Source of the DNA: a candidate division WOR-3 bacterium
GTDB lineage: Bacteria > Hydrothermota > Hydrothermia > JBDRYB01
Reading direction: 5' to 3'
Length of the DNA stretch: 14,980 nt
Assembly (NCBI GenBank): GCA_049969615.1
Contig: JBMFOM010000043.1
Location: forward strand, 1 to 14,980
The notes below the pieces were generated by a model. The model worked only from the letters and a program-made list of their open reading frames with translations. It was not told the origin of the DNA and did not search any database. Both the position numbers and the translations under genes were made by a program. Shown here piece by piece: positions 7,989-14,980 of the stretch (positions are counted from its first letter, which is position 1; each line of letters opens with the position of its first letter).

Positions 7989-9091
7989 AGCCTGGACACG
8001 AAATCAAGGAGTCTTTTTGCCTGTTCATCAAAGGAGTAAGCCATTGCAATGCTCCTGGCGCCTGATGTGTCAACTTTCTCAGCCCTCGCGGCCTCCGCGA
8101 AGGCACGGACGAGGTCTCGTGGTGTATCGGCCCTAAACCAGAATGGCTTGCCTTCAAGGAGTTCCCTAATAGGCGGAACATCCGTGGCTACTATGGGCTT
8201 TTCCATGGCCAGAGCCTCAAGCAATTTGATCGGGCAAGAGGTATCAATCACGGGAGTCCTCAGAAACGGGATGACGACAAAATCCGATGCTGAAAGGAGT
8301 GATGGAACATCCCCATACGGGACAGCGGGCATGATCCTAACGGATGGCCCCCCTGCCCTGACTATGGCCTCCTCAAGCTCGCCCTTACCAACAAAGACCA
8401 GCACGGCGTCCTTCAGGTTTGCTGACCTGAAAGAGGCCGCGGCCTCAACAAGGCCCCTTCCCCTTGAGCTCATAGCCCCGTGATACAGGAATATCTTCTC
8501 TCTTCCGAAACCCCAGCGCTTCCTCTCGCGCTCGCGATCGTAATTCGCCGGATCAAAGGCATCCGGGTTCACCCCAGAACCCCATACCCCAACTGAAAGA
8601 CCCCTGAGCTCCTTATAAAGCGCCCGGGCCATCCCGGATGTGATAACTGTTGCGCCGACAAAAAACCTCCGTGCGAGAAAAAGCCCCACCCTGAAAAGGA
8701 GCCTGTCAAGAGCGAAAAGCAGCTTGTCTCTCTCAACCGGTAACGTTCTCACATCCAGAATGACCCTGTATCCGCGAAGGCCAAACCGAGCAAGAAGGGC
8801 AAGGGGCAAAGCCGAAAGAGCCATGTAGGGTTCTGCCACGATTACATCACCCGGCCTGGCACGCATGAGTAGCGTGACGCACGCGGATATGGCCTGGCAG
8901 ATGTAGTTCAGGATGGGCAATCCAAAGGAACGAAGGCGTATTACTGAAGGGTTTCCCTGGGCAATGCGCCTCCTGCCGCTCAACAGAAACATCTCGTTCC
9001 CCGTACGGTTCACGGCACCAACCATGGCGAAGAACGTTCCTGAGTCCATCCTATCATCCAGGTATCCCCTGAAAACCCAGAAAACTCGCAA
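7985..9091 (-). CDS. Glycosyltransferase family 4 (GT-B fold)
   Basis: Motifs SGVNPDAFDP, FLYHGAM..RG, FVGKGE and PIKLLEALAMEKPIVATDV. TTG start. Confidence 0.9.
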   Translation of the reverse strand: MRVFWVFRGYLDDRMDSGTFFAMVGAVNRTGNEMFLLSGRRRIAQGNPSVIRLRSFGLPILNYICQAISACVTLLMRARPGDVIVAEPYMALSALPLALLARFGLRGYRVILDVRTLPVERDKLLFALDRLLFRVGLFLARRFFVGATVITSGMARALYKELRGLSVGVWGSGVNPDAFDPANYDRERERKRWGFGREKIFLYHGAMSSRGRGLVEAAASFRSANLKDAVLVFVGKGELEEAIVRAGGPSVRIMPAVPYGDVPSLLSASDFVVIPFLRTPVIDTSCPIKLLEALAMEKPIVATDVPPIRELLEGKPFWFRADTPRDLVRAFAEAARAEKVDTSGARSIAMAYSFDEQAKRLLDFVSRL

Positions 9092-9099
9092 GGGAGTAA

Positions 9100-9129
9100 A
9101 TCTTAAGCTATATCTTCATCTGGAGGCAA
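9100..9129 (-). promoter_or_regulatory. Putative promoter of the GT4-Wzy-TGase operon
   Basis: TTGCCT(9129-9124)-N18-TAAGAT(9105-9100)-N8-TTG; no SD. Confidence 0.5.
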
Positions 9130-9295
9130 CCCTGACACGTTTGCAAAACAGCCCCTGATCCTCCGTATGTTTTCGGTTATCAAGCAGGTTTTGCGAGAGG
9201 TTGCAGGCCATCGTGGGCCCAATTTCGCGGTCACCGGGAAACAGGGGCCAGGGTAGCGCTAAGACAGAATTTCTTCCGCTGGGTTCGCGCGGAAC

Positions 9296-9325
9296 TTGCG
9301 CTCATATGGAACCCTCCTTTATCAT
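9296..9325 (+). promoter_or_regulatory. Putative topA promoter
   Basis: TTGCGC(9296-9301)-N18-TATCAT(9320-9325)-N9-ATG(9335); no SD. Confidence 0.55.
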
Positions 9326-9334
9326 TTGCCCCTT

Positions 9335-11209
9335 ATGGCCGGCAAGCCCACGAAAAAGAGAAAGTCATCGCCCCGGCTACCCACTGGCATAAATAGACCC
9401 AGGGGAGGAGGCGATAAAAGGAAACTGTTAATAGTTGAATCGCCAACCAAGGCCCACACCCTCAAAGGATACCTGGGAAAGGACTTCAATATCATGGCCT
9501 CCCAGGGACACTTGGTTGACCTCCCAAAAAGCGCGCTCGGGGTTGAAATAGAGAACAACTTTGAGCCCAAATACATAGTAGTCAGGGGAAAGGCGGGTAT
9601 ATTGAAATCGCTGAGGGATGCGGCCGCCAACGCCAGCAAGATATTTATGGGAACCGATCCGGACAGAGAGGGCGAGGCCATAGCGTTTCACATCGCTGAG
9701 GACATATCAAAATACACTAATTCTCCTATCAAGAGGGTTCTCTTCTACGAGATAACCAAAGAAGAGGTTACCAGCGCGCTAGCGCACCCTACGGACATAG
9801 ACATGCGCAAGGTTGAAAGCCAGCAAGCTCGGCGCATCCTTGATAGACTCGTGGGGTACAAGGTTTCCCCCTTTCTTTGGAAGATAATAAGGGGCGGTCT
9901 TTCCGCGGGCAGGGTTCAGACCGTCGCGTTGAAGATACTGGTGGAGAGGGAAAAGGAGATAAAGGCATTTGTTCCAGAGAAATACTGGGTCCTTGTCGCT
10001 GATCTTGAACACAAAAAAGGCAGGTTCCAGGCCAAGCATCCAGAACACATAAAAAACTTCTCGGTCGCGAGGGAGCTATCCGCTAGGATAGGAAAAAAGG
10101 ATTTTCTGGTTGACGAATTCAAGGTGGCAAAGAGAAAATCCTCGCCTCCTCCCCCACACAAAACCAGCACTCTTCAGCAGGAGGCTTCAAACCTTTTCGG
10201 TTTCAGTCCCGTAAAGACCATGTCCGTCGCCCAGAGCCTATATGAAGGCGTCGATCTGCCGGAGGGAAGAACTGGCCTGATAACATACATGAGGACGGAT
10301 TCTGTCAGGATGGCCGACAAGGCCGTGAAGGAAATAAGGGAGCTAATCTCAGAAACATGGGGCGAGACGTTCCTCTCCGAAAAGCCCAGAGTCTATCAGG
10401 ACAAAGCCAAGGGCGTTCAGGCCGCGCACGAGTGTATAAGGCCAACCGATCCCAACCGAACCCCTGAGAGCATAAGGGGCCACCTTTCTGAGGAGCAGTT
10501 CAAGATATACAGCCTGATTTGGCGAAGGGCCGTAGCCAGCCAGGCCAAAGACGCGCTCTTTGAAACCCACTCTGCTAAGCTCCATCCGGATGGTCTGCCG
10601 GATATTCCATTCCAGGCCTCCGGAAGGAAACTGCTTTTTGAGGGATTTTACAGGATAACCGGCGAGGAGGTCAAAGCCGAACCACTCCCGCCAATGAAGT
10701 CAGGCGACAGGGTCAAGCTTATCAGGCTGGAGACCGAAGAAAAGGAAACCGAACCCCCACCGAGGTTCACGGAGGCATCCCTCATAAAGACCCTTGAGGA
10801 CAAGGGCATAGGTAGGCCCTCCACATACGCAACCATTGTTTCAACTCTGCTCATCAGGGGATACGCACAGAGAGAAAAACGTTCTCTCGTCGCAACACCG
10901 TTGGGGATCCTGGTTTCAGACATACTCATTCCTAATTTCCCAGAGATATTCAGGGAGAATTTCACCGCAAAGATGGAGGACGAGCTGGACAAAATTGAGG
11001 AGGGTGAAGTTTCCTGGAGGGAGGTCCTCGCTGAGTTCTGGGGGCCTTTTGAGCGGGAGCTGGCATCATTTGAGGCAAAGGTGGATGAGCTCAAGGCCTC
11101 GGTGCCGCAGGACACCCCCTTCTTTTACAAGGACCAGTTCAGGCATGGGAGACGGGGAAGGAGGTGGAGCAAGAAAGGAAGGGGGAAGCGGGGCACCAGA
11201 AACCAGTAA
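9335..11209 (+). CDS. topA: DNA topoisomerase I (type IA), without C-terminal zinc ribbons
   Basis: TOPRIM motifs IVESPTKA and TDPDREGEAIA, plus SAGRVQT, catalytic GLITYMRTDS, AHECIRPT and GIGRPSTYA. ATG 9335 preferred because TTG 9296 coincides with the -35 box. Confidence 0.97.
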   Translation: MAGKPTKKRKSSPRLPTGINRPRGGGDKRKLLIVESPTKAHTLKGYLGKDFNIMASQGHLVDLPKSALGVEIENNFEPKYIVVRGKAGILKSLRDAAANASKIFMGTDPDREGEAIAFHIAEDISKYTNSPIKRVLFYEITKEEVTSALAHPTDIDMRKVESQQARRILDRLVGYKVSPFLWKIIRGGLSAGRVQTVALKILVEREKEIKAFVPEKYWVLVADLEHKKGRFQAKHPEHIKNFSVARELSARIGKKDFLVDEFKVAKRKSSPPPPHKTSTLQQEASNLFGFSPVKTMSVAQSLYEGVDLPEGRTGLITYMRTDSVRMADKAVKEIRELISETWGETFLSEKPRVYQDKAKGVQAAHECIRPTDPNRTPESIRGHLSEEQFKIYSLIWRRAVASQAKDALFETHSAKLHPDGLPDIPFQASGRKLLFEGFYRITGEEVKAEPLPPMKSGDRVKLIRLETEEKETEPPPRFTEASLIKTLEDKGIGRPSTYATIVSTLLIRGYAQREKRSLVATPLGILVSDILIPNFPEIFRENFTAKMEDELDKIEEGEVSWREVLAEFWGPFERELASFEAKVDELKASVPQDTPFFYKDQFRHGRRGRRWSKKGRGKRGTRNQ

Positions 11210-11237
11210 AATAGCGGAAGAACTCTGTCTAACAATT

Positions 11238-11399
11238 TAGGATGAGATCTCTGATAAAGCAGTAATAACTCAATGGTTTGAGCCAGGAGCGCCTTGTCCA
11301 ATGGGCCCCTGAAAATCCCGCCCCAATGGCATTTCCTAAGAGTTCTCTTCCGGCTACGATGAGGCTCCCAGATGAGGACTGGGTTTTTCAGGGGTTTCA
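11238..11399 (+). repeat. Dispersed intergenic element, copy B
   Basis: Reverse-complement homologue of 3059-3244. Contains an internal inverted repeat, CCCCTGAAAATCCC(11306-11319)/GGGTTTTTCAGGGG(11381-11394), matching at 13 of 14 positions. Confidence 0.85.
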
Positions 11400-11405
11400 A
11401 ATTGC

Positions 11406-11435
11406 TTGAAAATCTCCGCGCGCTTGTGTTAATAT
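11406..11435 (+). promoter_or_regulatory. Putative promoter of the cupin-S8-CAP unit
   Basis: TTGAAA(11406-11411)-N18-TAATAT(11430-11435, preceded by TGt)-N10-ATG; no SD. Confidence 0.55.
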
Positions 11436-11445
11436 ATTAGCTAGC

Positions 11446-11793
11446 ATGAAACCAATAGATATACTAAAGGAGGCACAGGCCATAGAAGATATCTGGGTTC
11501 CCAAAGACCTGGTGAGGTTCTCGGGCATAGCTGTCAGGATAGCGAGGCTCAGGGGATCATATCACTGGCATGTCCATAAGAACGAGGATGAGCTATTTTA
11601 TGTTCTGTCTGGTATTGTTGAAATAGATACTGACAGGGGAAACATCAAGCTGACCCCGGGCCAGGCCTATCTGGTTAAAGCCGGGACAAGGCACCGTTCA
11701 AGGGCTGACTATGGTGATGCGTTCGTCCTGTTGATTGAACCGGAGAAAACCATAACCACCGGCGAGCCTTGGATTCCAGGCGAGGGGAAATGA
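11446..11793 (+). CDS. Cupin domain protein
   Basis: Metal-binding cupin motifs WHVHKNEDELFYVLSG and L.PGQ.Y.V.AGTRHR. Confidence 0.9.
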   Translation: MKPIDILKEAQAIEDIWVPKDLVRFSGIAVRIARLRGSYHWHVHKNEDELFYVLSGIVEIDTDRGNIKLTPGQAYLVKAGTRHRSRADYGDAFVLLIEPEKTITTGEPWIPGEGK

Positions 11794-14318
11794 ACCTGAC
11801 TATCATCCTTTTATCCCTGACCCCATACCAATGGGCGCAGACCGCACAACCCGGAGATTTTCGCAAGGTCTGGATATTGGACTCGCTTAATCCATATCTA
11901 GCGGAATGCCTGGGCGCGAGAAAAAGGGCAGAATCCAAGTGGCTGAATGCCGCATCATTCTGGCTTCCAGCAGGTGCGCTCCGTGTTCTGAGCGGGAAAA
12001 AAGCTTTCGTCGCGGAAGGTCGCTACGAGGGAGTTGTCGGTAGCGATCACCTCTATGATTATGGGGAATCAGCAAGGCAACAAGTTGAGGCGATAGCCGT
12101 TGACAAGGTTCACGACCAGGGCTACATCGGAACAGGGGTGCGGGTTGCGGTTCTTGATGCGGGTTTTGACCTCAATCATCCCTCGCTCAGACACATCCTT
12201 GGGACAGACAGGCTCAAGGGTCAACATGATTTCAACTCAGGCGACAGCCTGTTCACCCAGGCCGGCAGGGTTGAGCTCCCAGCCTTTCCCGAAGGGAAAC
12301 CGGCCTATGTCAACAGCCTTGACCTCGCCATCCAGGGAGCAATGGGCGTGGTCGCGTTTGCCGCGAGCGCGGAGGATTCCCTGACATCATCCGGCGCGAA
12401 CCGCTGGAACGTTTATTACGTTTTCGGTGACAATGGGGGAGTTTTCTCCTCGCCAACCAGGCTCACGGCTGGCTACTTCGCGATAAGGCCCCGGATCCGG
12501 TTTCTCTCTGGGGACACATTTGGCCTCGTTTGGCAGGAAGGCACTAACCCTCAAGTGAGGTTCGCCAAGCTCCTCTATAACGGGTCAGCCGTGGACATGG
12601 TCAACATAGCGGGTGGGATCGATCCCCATCTGGCCGCGGCCGGTTCGGATGTCTTCGTGTTTTACTATGTGGATGGCGTCGGAATACATGAAGCCCACTC
12701 CTCCAATTATGGCACAACATTCTCCGCCGGGTCCATAGTCTTACCCATGACTGATTACTGGGGAGCATCATCCGCAATGCTCTCGGATACACCAGTGGTC
12801 GCCGCGAGCGATGGGGTTTCCCTCAACCTCGCGTGGTATGATGGCTCCTCCTGGCAAACAACTTTCCTCGATCAGGGCATCATGCCATCCCTGTTTGCAT
12901 CGGACAGCCTCTATGTTGCTTACTGGAAAGGAGATACCCTCGTGTTCGGTTCTTCTGCGGGGCCATCAGGCGCGTTTGCCCCGCGCGCGATGGCAATATG
13001 CCCAATGCCCAGTCCGCCAGCAGTTGGTATTTACAATGGTCAGGTGGCTGTTGCTCACGAGGACAGCACCGGGACGATAACCATTATAGGAAAGGCCGGA
13101 AACACCATTGTCAGGTTTGGCGCGGAGTTCTCTGAAAAACCATCTCTTTCAGGGGGGGTTTTGACCTGGGTCAGGCGTGGTGACACAATAGCCGAGTCCC
13201 CAACATTCGGCCCGGGCCATTATCATGGTACCAAAATACTCTCGGTAATAGCCGGACTTTCGGAAAAGACCTTGGTGGGAACAGCACCGGGATGCGACCT
13301 GCTCCTGGCAAAGTGCGAGAAGGTCGTGACTGCACAAGGCGGGGGTTTTGAGAATCTTGTTGAGGAGGACTTCTGGGTTGAAGCATTGGAGTGGGTCGCA
13401 AGGCACAGGGGAAAGATAGTCAATAGCTCCCTCGGCTACAGGAACTGGTATTATGATTCTGACATGGATGGCAAGACCGCGCCGTCTTCCAGGGCCGCCG
13501 GAAGAGCCCTCTCGGAGAACATCCTGATATTCAACTCCATGGGGAATATAAGCAGATCAGGCCCTCCGCCGCTCCCCAATGTCGGGGACACGAGCCTCTC
13601 CGCTCCGGCAGATGCTTTCGGGATATGCGCAATCGGAGGGGTTGAATGGGATTCCCTGAATGGGGTCTGGGTTCCTTCATATTCAAGCGCATACGGGCCT
13701 TCGGCTGACGGCAGAATCAAGCCGGAGCTGGTCGCTCCGTTCTGGGCATATGCCGCGGCGGACACGGTGTTCTTCGGAGACCAAGACACCACATTCTATC
13801 TGTTCTGGTCCGGGACAAGCTTCAGCTCCGCGCTCGCGGCCGGCGCGGCCGCCTGTGTGTGGCAGGCCCATCCATCCTGGTCGGCCGATAGCCTGAGAAA
13901 GGTTCTGCTCAAAACGGGTTCAGACATCCCCGGATACCCCGATGGGAACTATCTCACCGGCTGGGGAATGCTCAACGCTTGGGATGCCTTGAATGCGGAG
14001 CCGCCGGAGATCCCTGGTTCAACCCAAGACGCCCTAACGAAGATTTATCCGAATCCCTTTAATCCGGACAAAAACTCTGGGGTTCGTTTTGAATACAAAA
14101 TGCTCCGTGTATCATCATTCAGCGAGATGAGCGTCTATACAATAGATGGATTGCTGGTCTGGTCGGACAGCCACGGCCAGGAATCCCCCGGTTCCGAGGA
14201 ACCCTATTTCTGGGATGGAAGAACCGGCTCAGGGAACAGGGTTCAGCCAGGGCTTTATCTGGTGGTCTTCAGGACGCAGAAGTCAAATGATGTGAAGAAG
14301 CTGATGGTGGTGAGGTGA
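11790..14318 (+). CDS. S8 (subtilisin-like) serine peptidase with large internal insertion and C-terminal FlgD-Ig/T9SS-type sorting domain
   Basis: Triad AVLDAGF / HGTKILSVIAG / SGTSFSS, oxyanion NSMGN and GP.ADGRIKPEL.AP. C-terminal YPNPFNP..VYTIDG.LV..WDGR..G..V.PGLY..KKLMVVR. ATG 11790 has GAGGGG upstream and overlaps the cupin TGA. Confidence 0.92.
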   Translation: MNLTIILLSLTPYQWAQTAQPGDFRKVWILDSLNPYLAECLGARKRAESKWLNAASFWLPAGALRVLSGKKAFVAEGRYEGVVGSDHLYDYGESARQQVEAIAVDKVHDQGYIGTGVRVAVLDAGFDLNHPSLRHILGTDRLKGQHDFNSGDSLFTQAGRVELPAFPEGKPAYVNSLDLAIQGAMGVVAFAASAEDSLTSSGANRWNVYYVFGDNGGVFSSPTRLTAGYFAIRPRIRFLSGDTFGLVWQEGTNPQVRFAKLLYNGSAVDMVNIAGGIDPHLAAAGSDVFVFYYVDGVGIHEAHSSNYGTTFSAGSIVLPMTDYWGASSAMLSDTPVVAASDGVSLNLAWYDGSSWQTTFLDQGIMPSLFASDSLYVAYWKGDTLVFGSSAGPSGAFAPRAMAICPMPSPPAVGIYNGQVAVAHEDSTGTITIIGKAGNTIVRFGAEFSEKPSLSGGVLTWVRRGDTIAESPTFGPGHYHGTKILSVIAGLSEKTLVGTAPGCDLLLAKCEKVVTAQGGGFENLVEEDFWVEALEWVARHRGKIVNSSLGYRNWYYDSDMDGKTAPSSRAAGRALSENILIFNSMGNISRSGPPPLPNVGDTSLSAPADAFGICAIGGVEWDSLNGVWVPSYSSAYGPSADGRIKPELVAPFWAYAAADTVFFGDQDTTFYLFWSGTSFSSALAAGAAACVWQAHPSWSADSLRKVLLKTGSDIPGYPDGNYLTGWGMLNAWDALNAEPPEIPGSTQDALTKIYPNPFNPDKNSGVRFEYKMLRVSSFSEMSVYTIDGLLVWSDSHGQESPGSEEPYFWDGRTGSGNRVQPGLYLVVFRTQKSNDVKKLMVVR

Positions 14319-14356
14319 AACCGCGAGCCAGGGTTGCCAACTGACACGATCGGGAT

Positions 14357-14878
14357 ATGCTGGCCATAGCATTTCTGGTTGCTGTGAACCCCGCGGAATG
14401 GTTTAATCCCGCGGAAGCCGAGAGGCTCTTTTACCGAGAGACAAACCGGGTAAGGTCCGAAGAGGGCCTTGATACCCTCGCATACGATTCCCTGCTCTCA
14501 AACGCCGCGCGCGCACATTCCGAGGAAATGGCAAGGTTGAACTATCTGTCCCACACCTCTCCCGTGAAAGAGAACAGGACCGTGACGAAGAGGGTGGCCA
14601 AGGCCGGAGCTGACGCTATCAACCACTGGATTGGCGAGAACATCTGCCAGCTCTATGGCAATACATACATGCTTGACGATCTGAGCGATCCCTTCATGCG
14701 TTTCGGCTACCTGTCAATGGCCACGGACGCGATTGAGCGCCTTATGGGTAGCCCCGGCCACAGGGCCAATATCTTAAACAGGAATTATACCAGGCTCGGG
14801 GTTGGGGTCTCGGTCAGGTGGGATAAGGACAAGCGCGATCTCTGGATTTATTTCACCCAGGTCTTCTGGGGAGAATAG
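14357..14878 (+). CDS. CAP (SCP/YkwD-like) domain protein
   Basis: Motifs N..R...GL..L..D..L..AARAHSEEMA...YLSH, GENI and SPGHRANILN.NY..LGVGV. Confidence 0.92.
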   Translation: MLAIAFLVAVNPAEWFNPAEAERLFYRETNRVRSEEGLDTLAYDSLLSNAARAHSEEMARLNYLSHTSPVKENRTVTKRVAKAGADAINHWIGENICQLYGNTYMLDDLSDPFMRFGYLSMATDAIERLMGSPGHRANILNRNYTRLGVGVSVRWDKDKRDLWIYFTQVFWGE

Positions 14879-14980
14879 GAACCGGGACGCACCATAGTAA
14901 CTAGGTACCATTCCCCCTGAGTAGGCACCTGAAGTATTTCTATGTGGTGCCCTTTCATGGGCTTTGTTAAGAGTAAAGAT

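Noticed and set aside
11125-11400. 91-aa minus-strand ORF over repeat copy B, and the 28-aa N-terminal extension of the regulator to 3093
   Set aside because: Indels between the two repeat copies break the frame. The ORF overlaps topA antisense, and the extension crosses the predicted promoter.
12246-13184. Intein as the explanation of the S8 insertion
   Set aside because: No terminal His-Asn and no block B or LAGLIDADG motifs; the insert looks like an extracellular beta domain.
202-13896. Numerous 60-190 aa alternative-frame and antisense ORFs in the ORF track
   Set aside because: Nearly all lie within well-supported genes, and none shows a recognisable motif; they are expected shadows at this GC content.
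14315-14356. In-frame GTG (MKPRARVAN-stop-HDRD) upstream of the CAP gene that could supply a basic n-region by UGA readthrough
   Set aside because: TGA is the ordinary stop throughout the window, being in frame has a one-in-three chance, and I saw no recoding signal.
14924-14951. GGCACC/GGTGCC hairpin after the CAP gene as an intrinsic terminator
   Set aside because: The stem is only 6 bp with a 16-nt loop and a CTTT tail; too weak to call.
1-14980. CRISPR array, tRNA, rRNA, transposase or integrase
   Set aside because: No regularly spaced direct repeats, cloverleaf or rRNA signatures, or recombinase motifs were seen.

Overview
Chromosomal window from a moderately GC-rich bacterium with FCB-superphylum-type features: a PorX-like regulator and an FlgD/T9SS-type C-terminal domain. 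A WOR-3-like lineage is my inference, not a database result. The minus strand carries a GT4 glycosyltransferase, a Wzy/O-antigen-ligase-like membrane protein, an active transglutaminase-like protein and its catalytically dead paralogue, all ATGA-coupled. It then carries a membrane-anchored TPR protein, followed by a porX-like regulator, a 19-codon bridging ORF, folK and panB. The plus strand carries topA (no Zn ribbons), a cupin, an S8 peptidase with a ~313-aa insertion, and a CAP-domain protein. I saw no rRNA, tRNA, CRISPR or transposase. The main unexplained signals are: (1) a ~190-nt structured intergenic element present twice (possibly three times), always abutting a promoter; (2) near-leaderless first genes behind TTG-N18-TAnnnT promoters; (3) ultra-short signal peptides without an n-region; (4) about 5-fold enrichment of the Bacteroidota O-glycosylation sequon in exported proteins.
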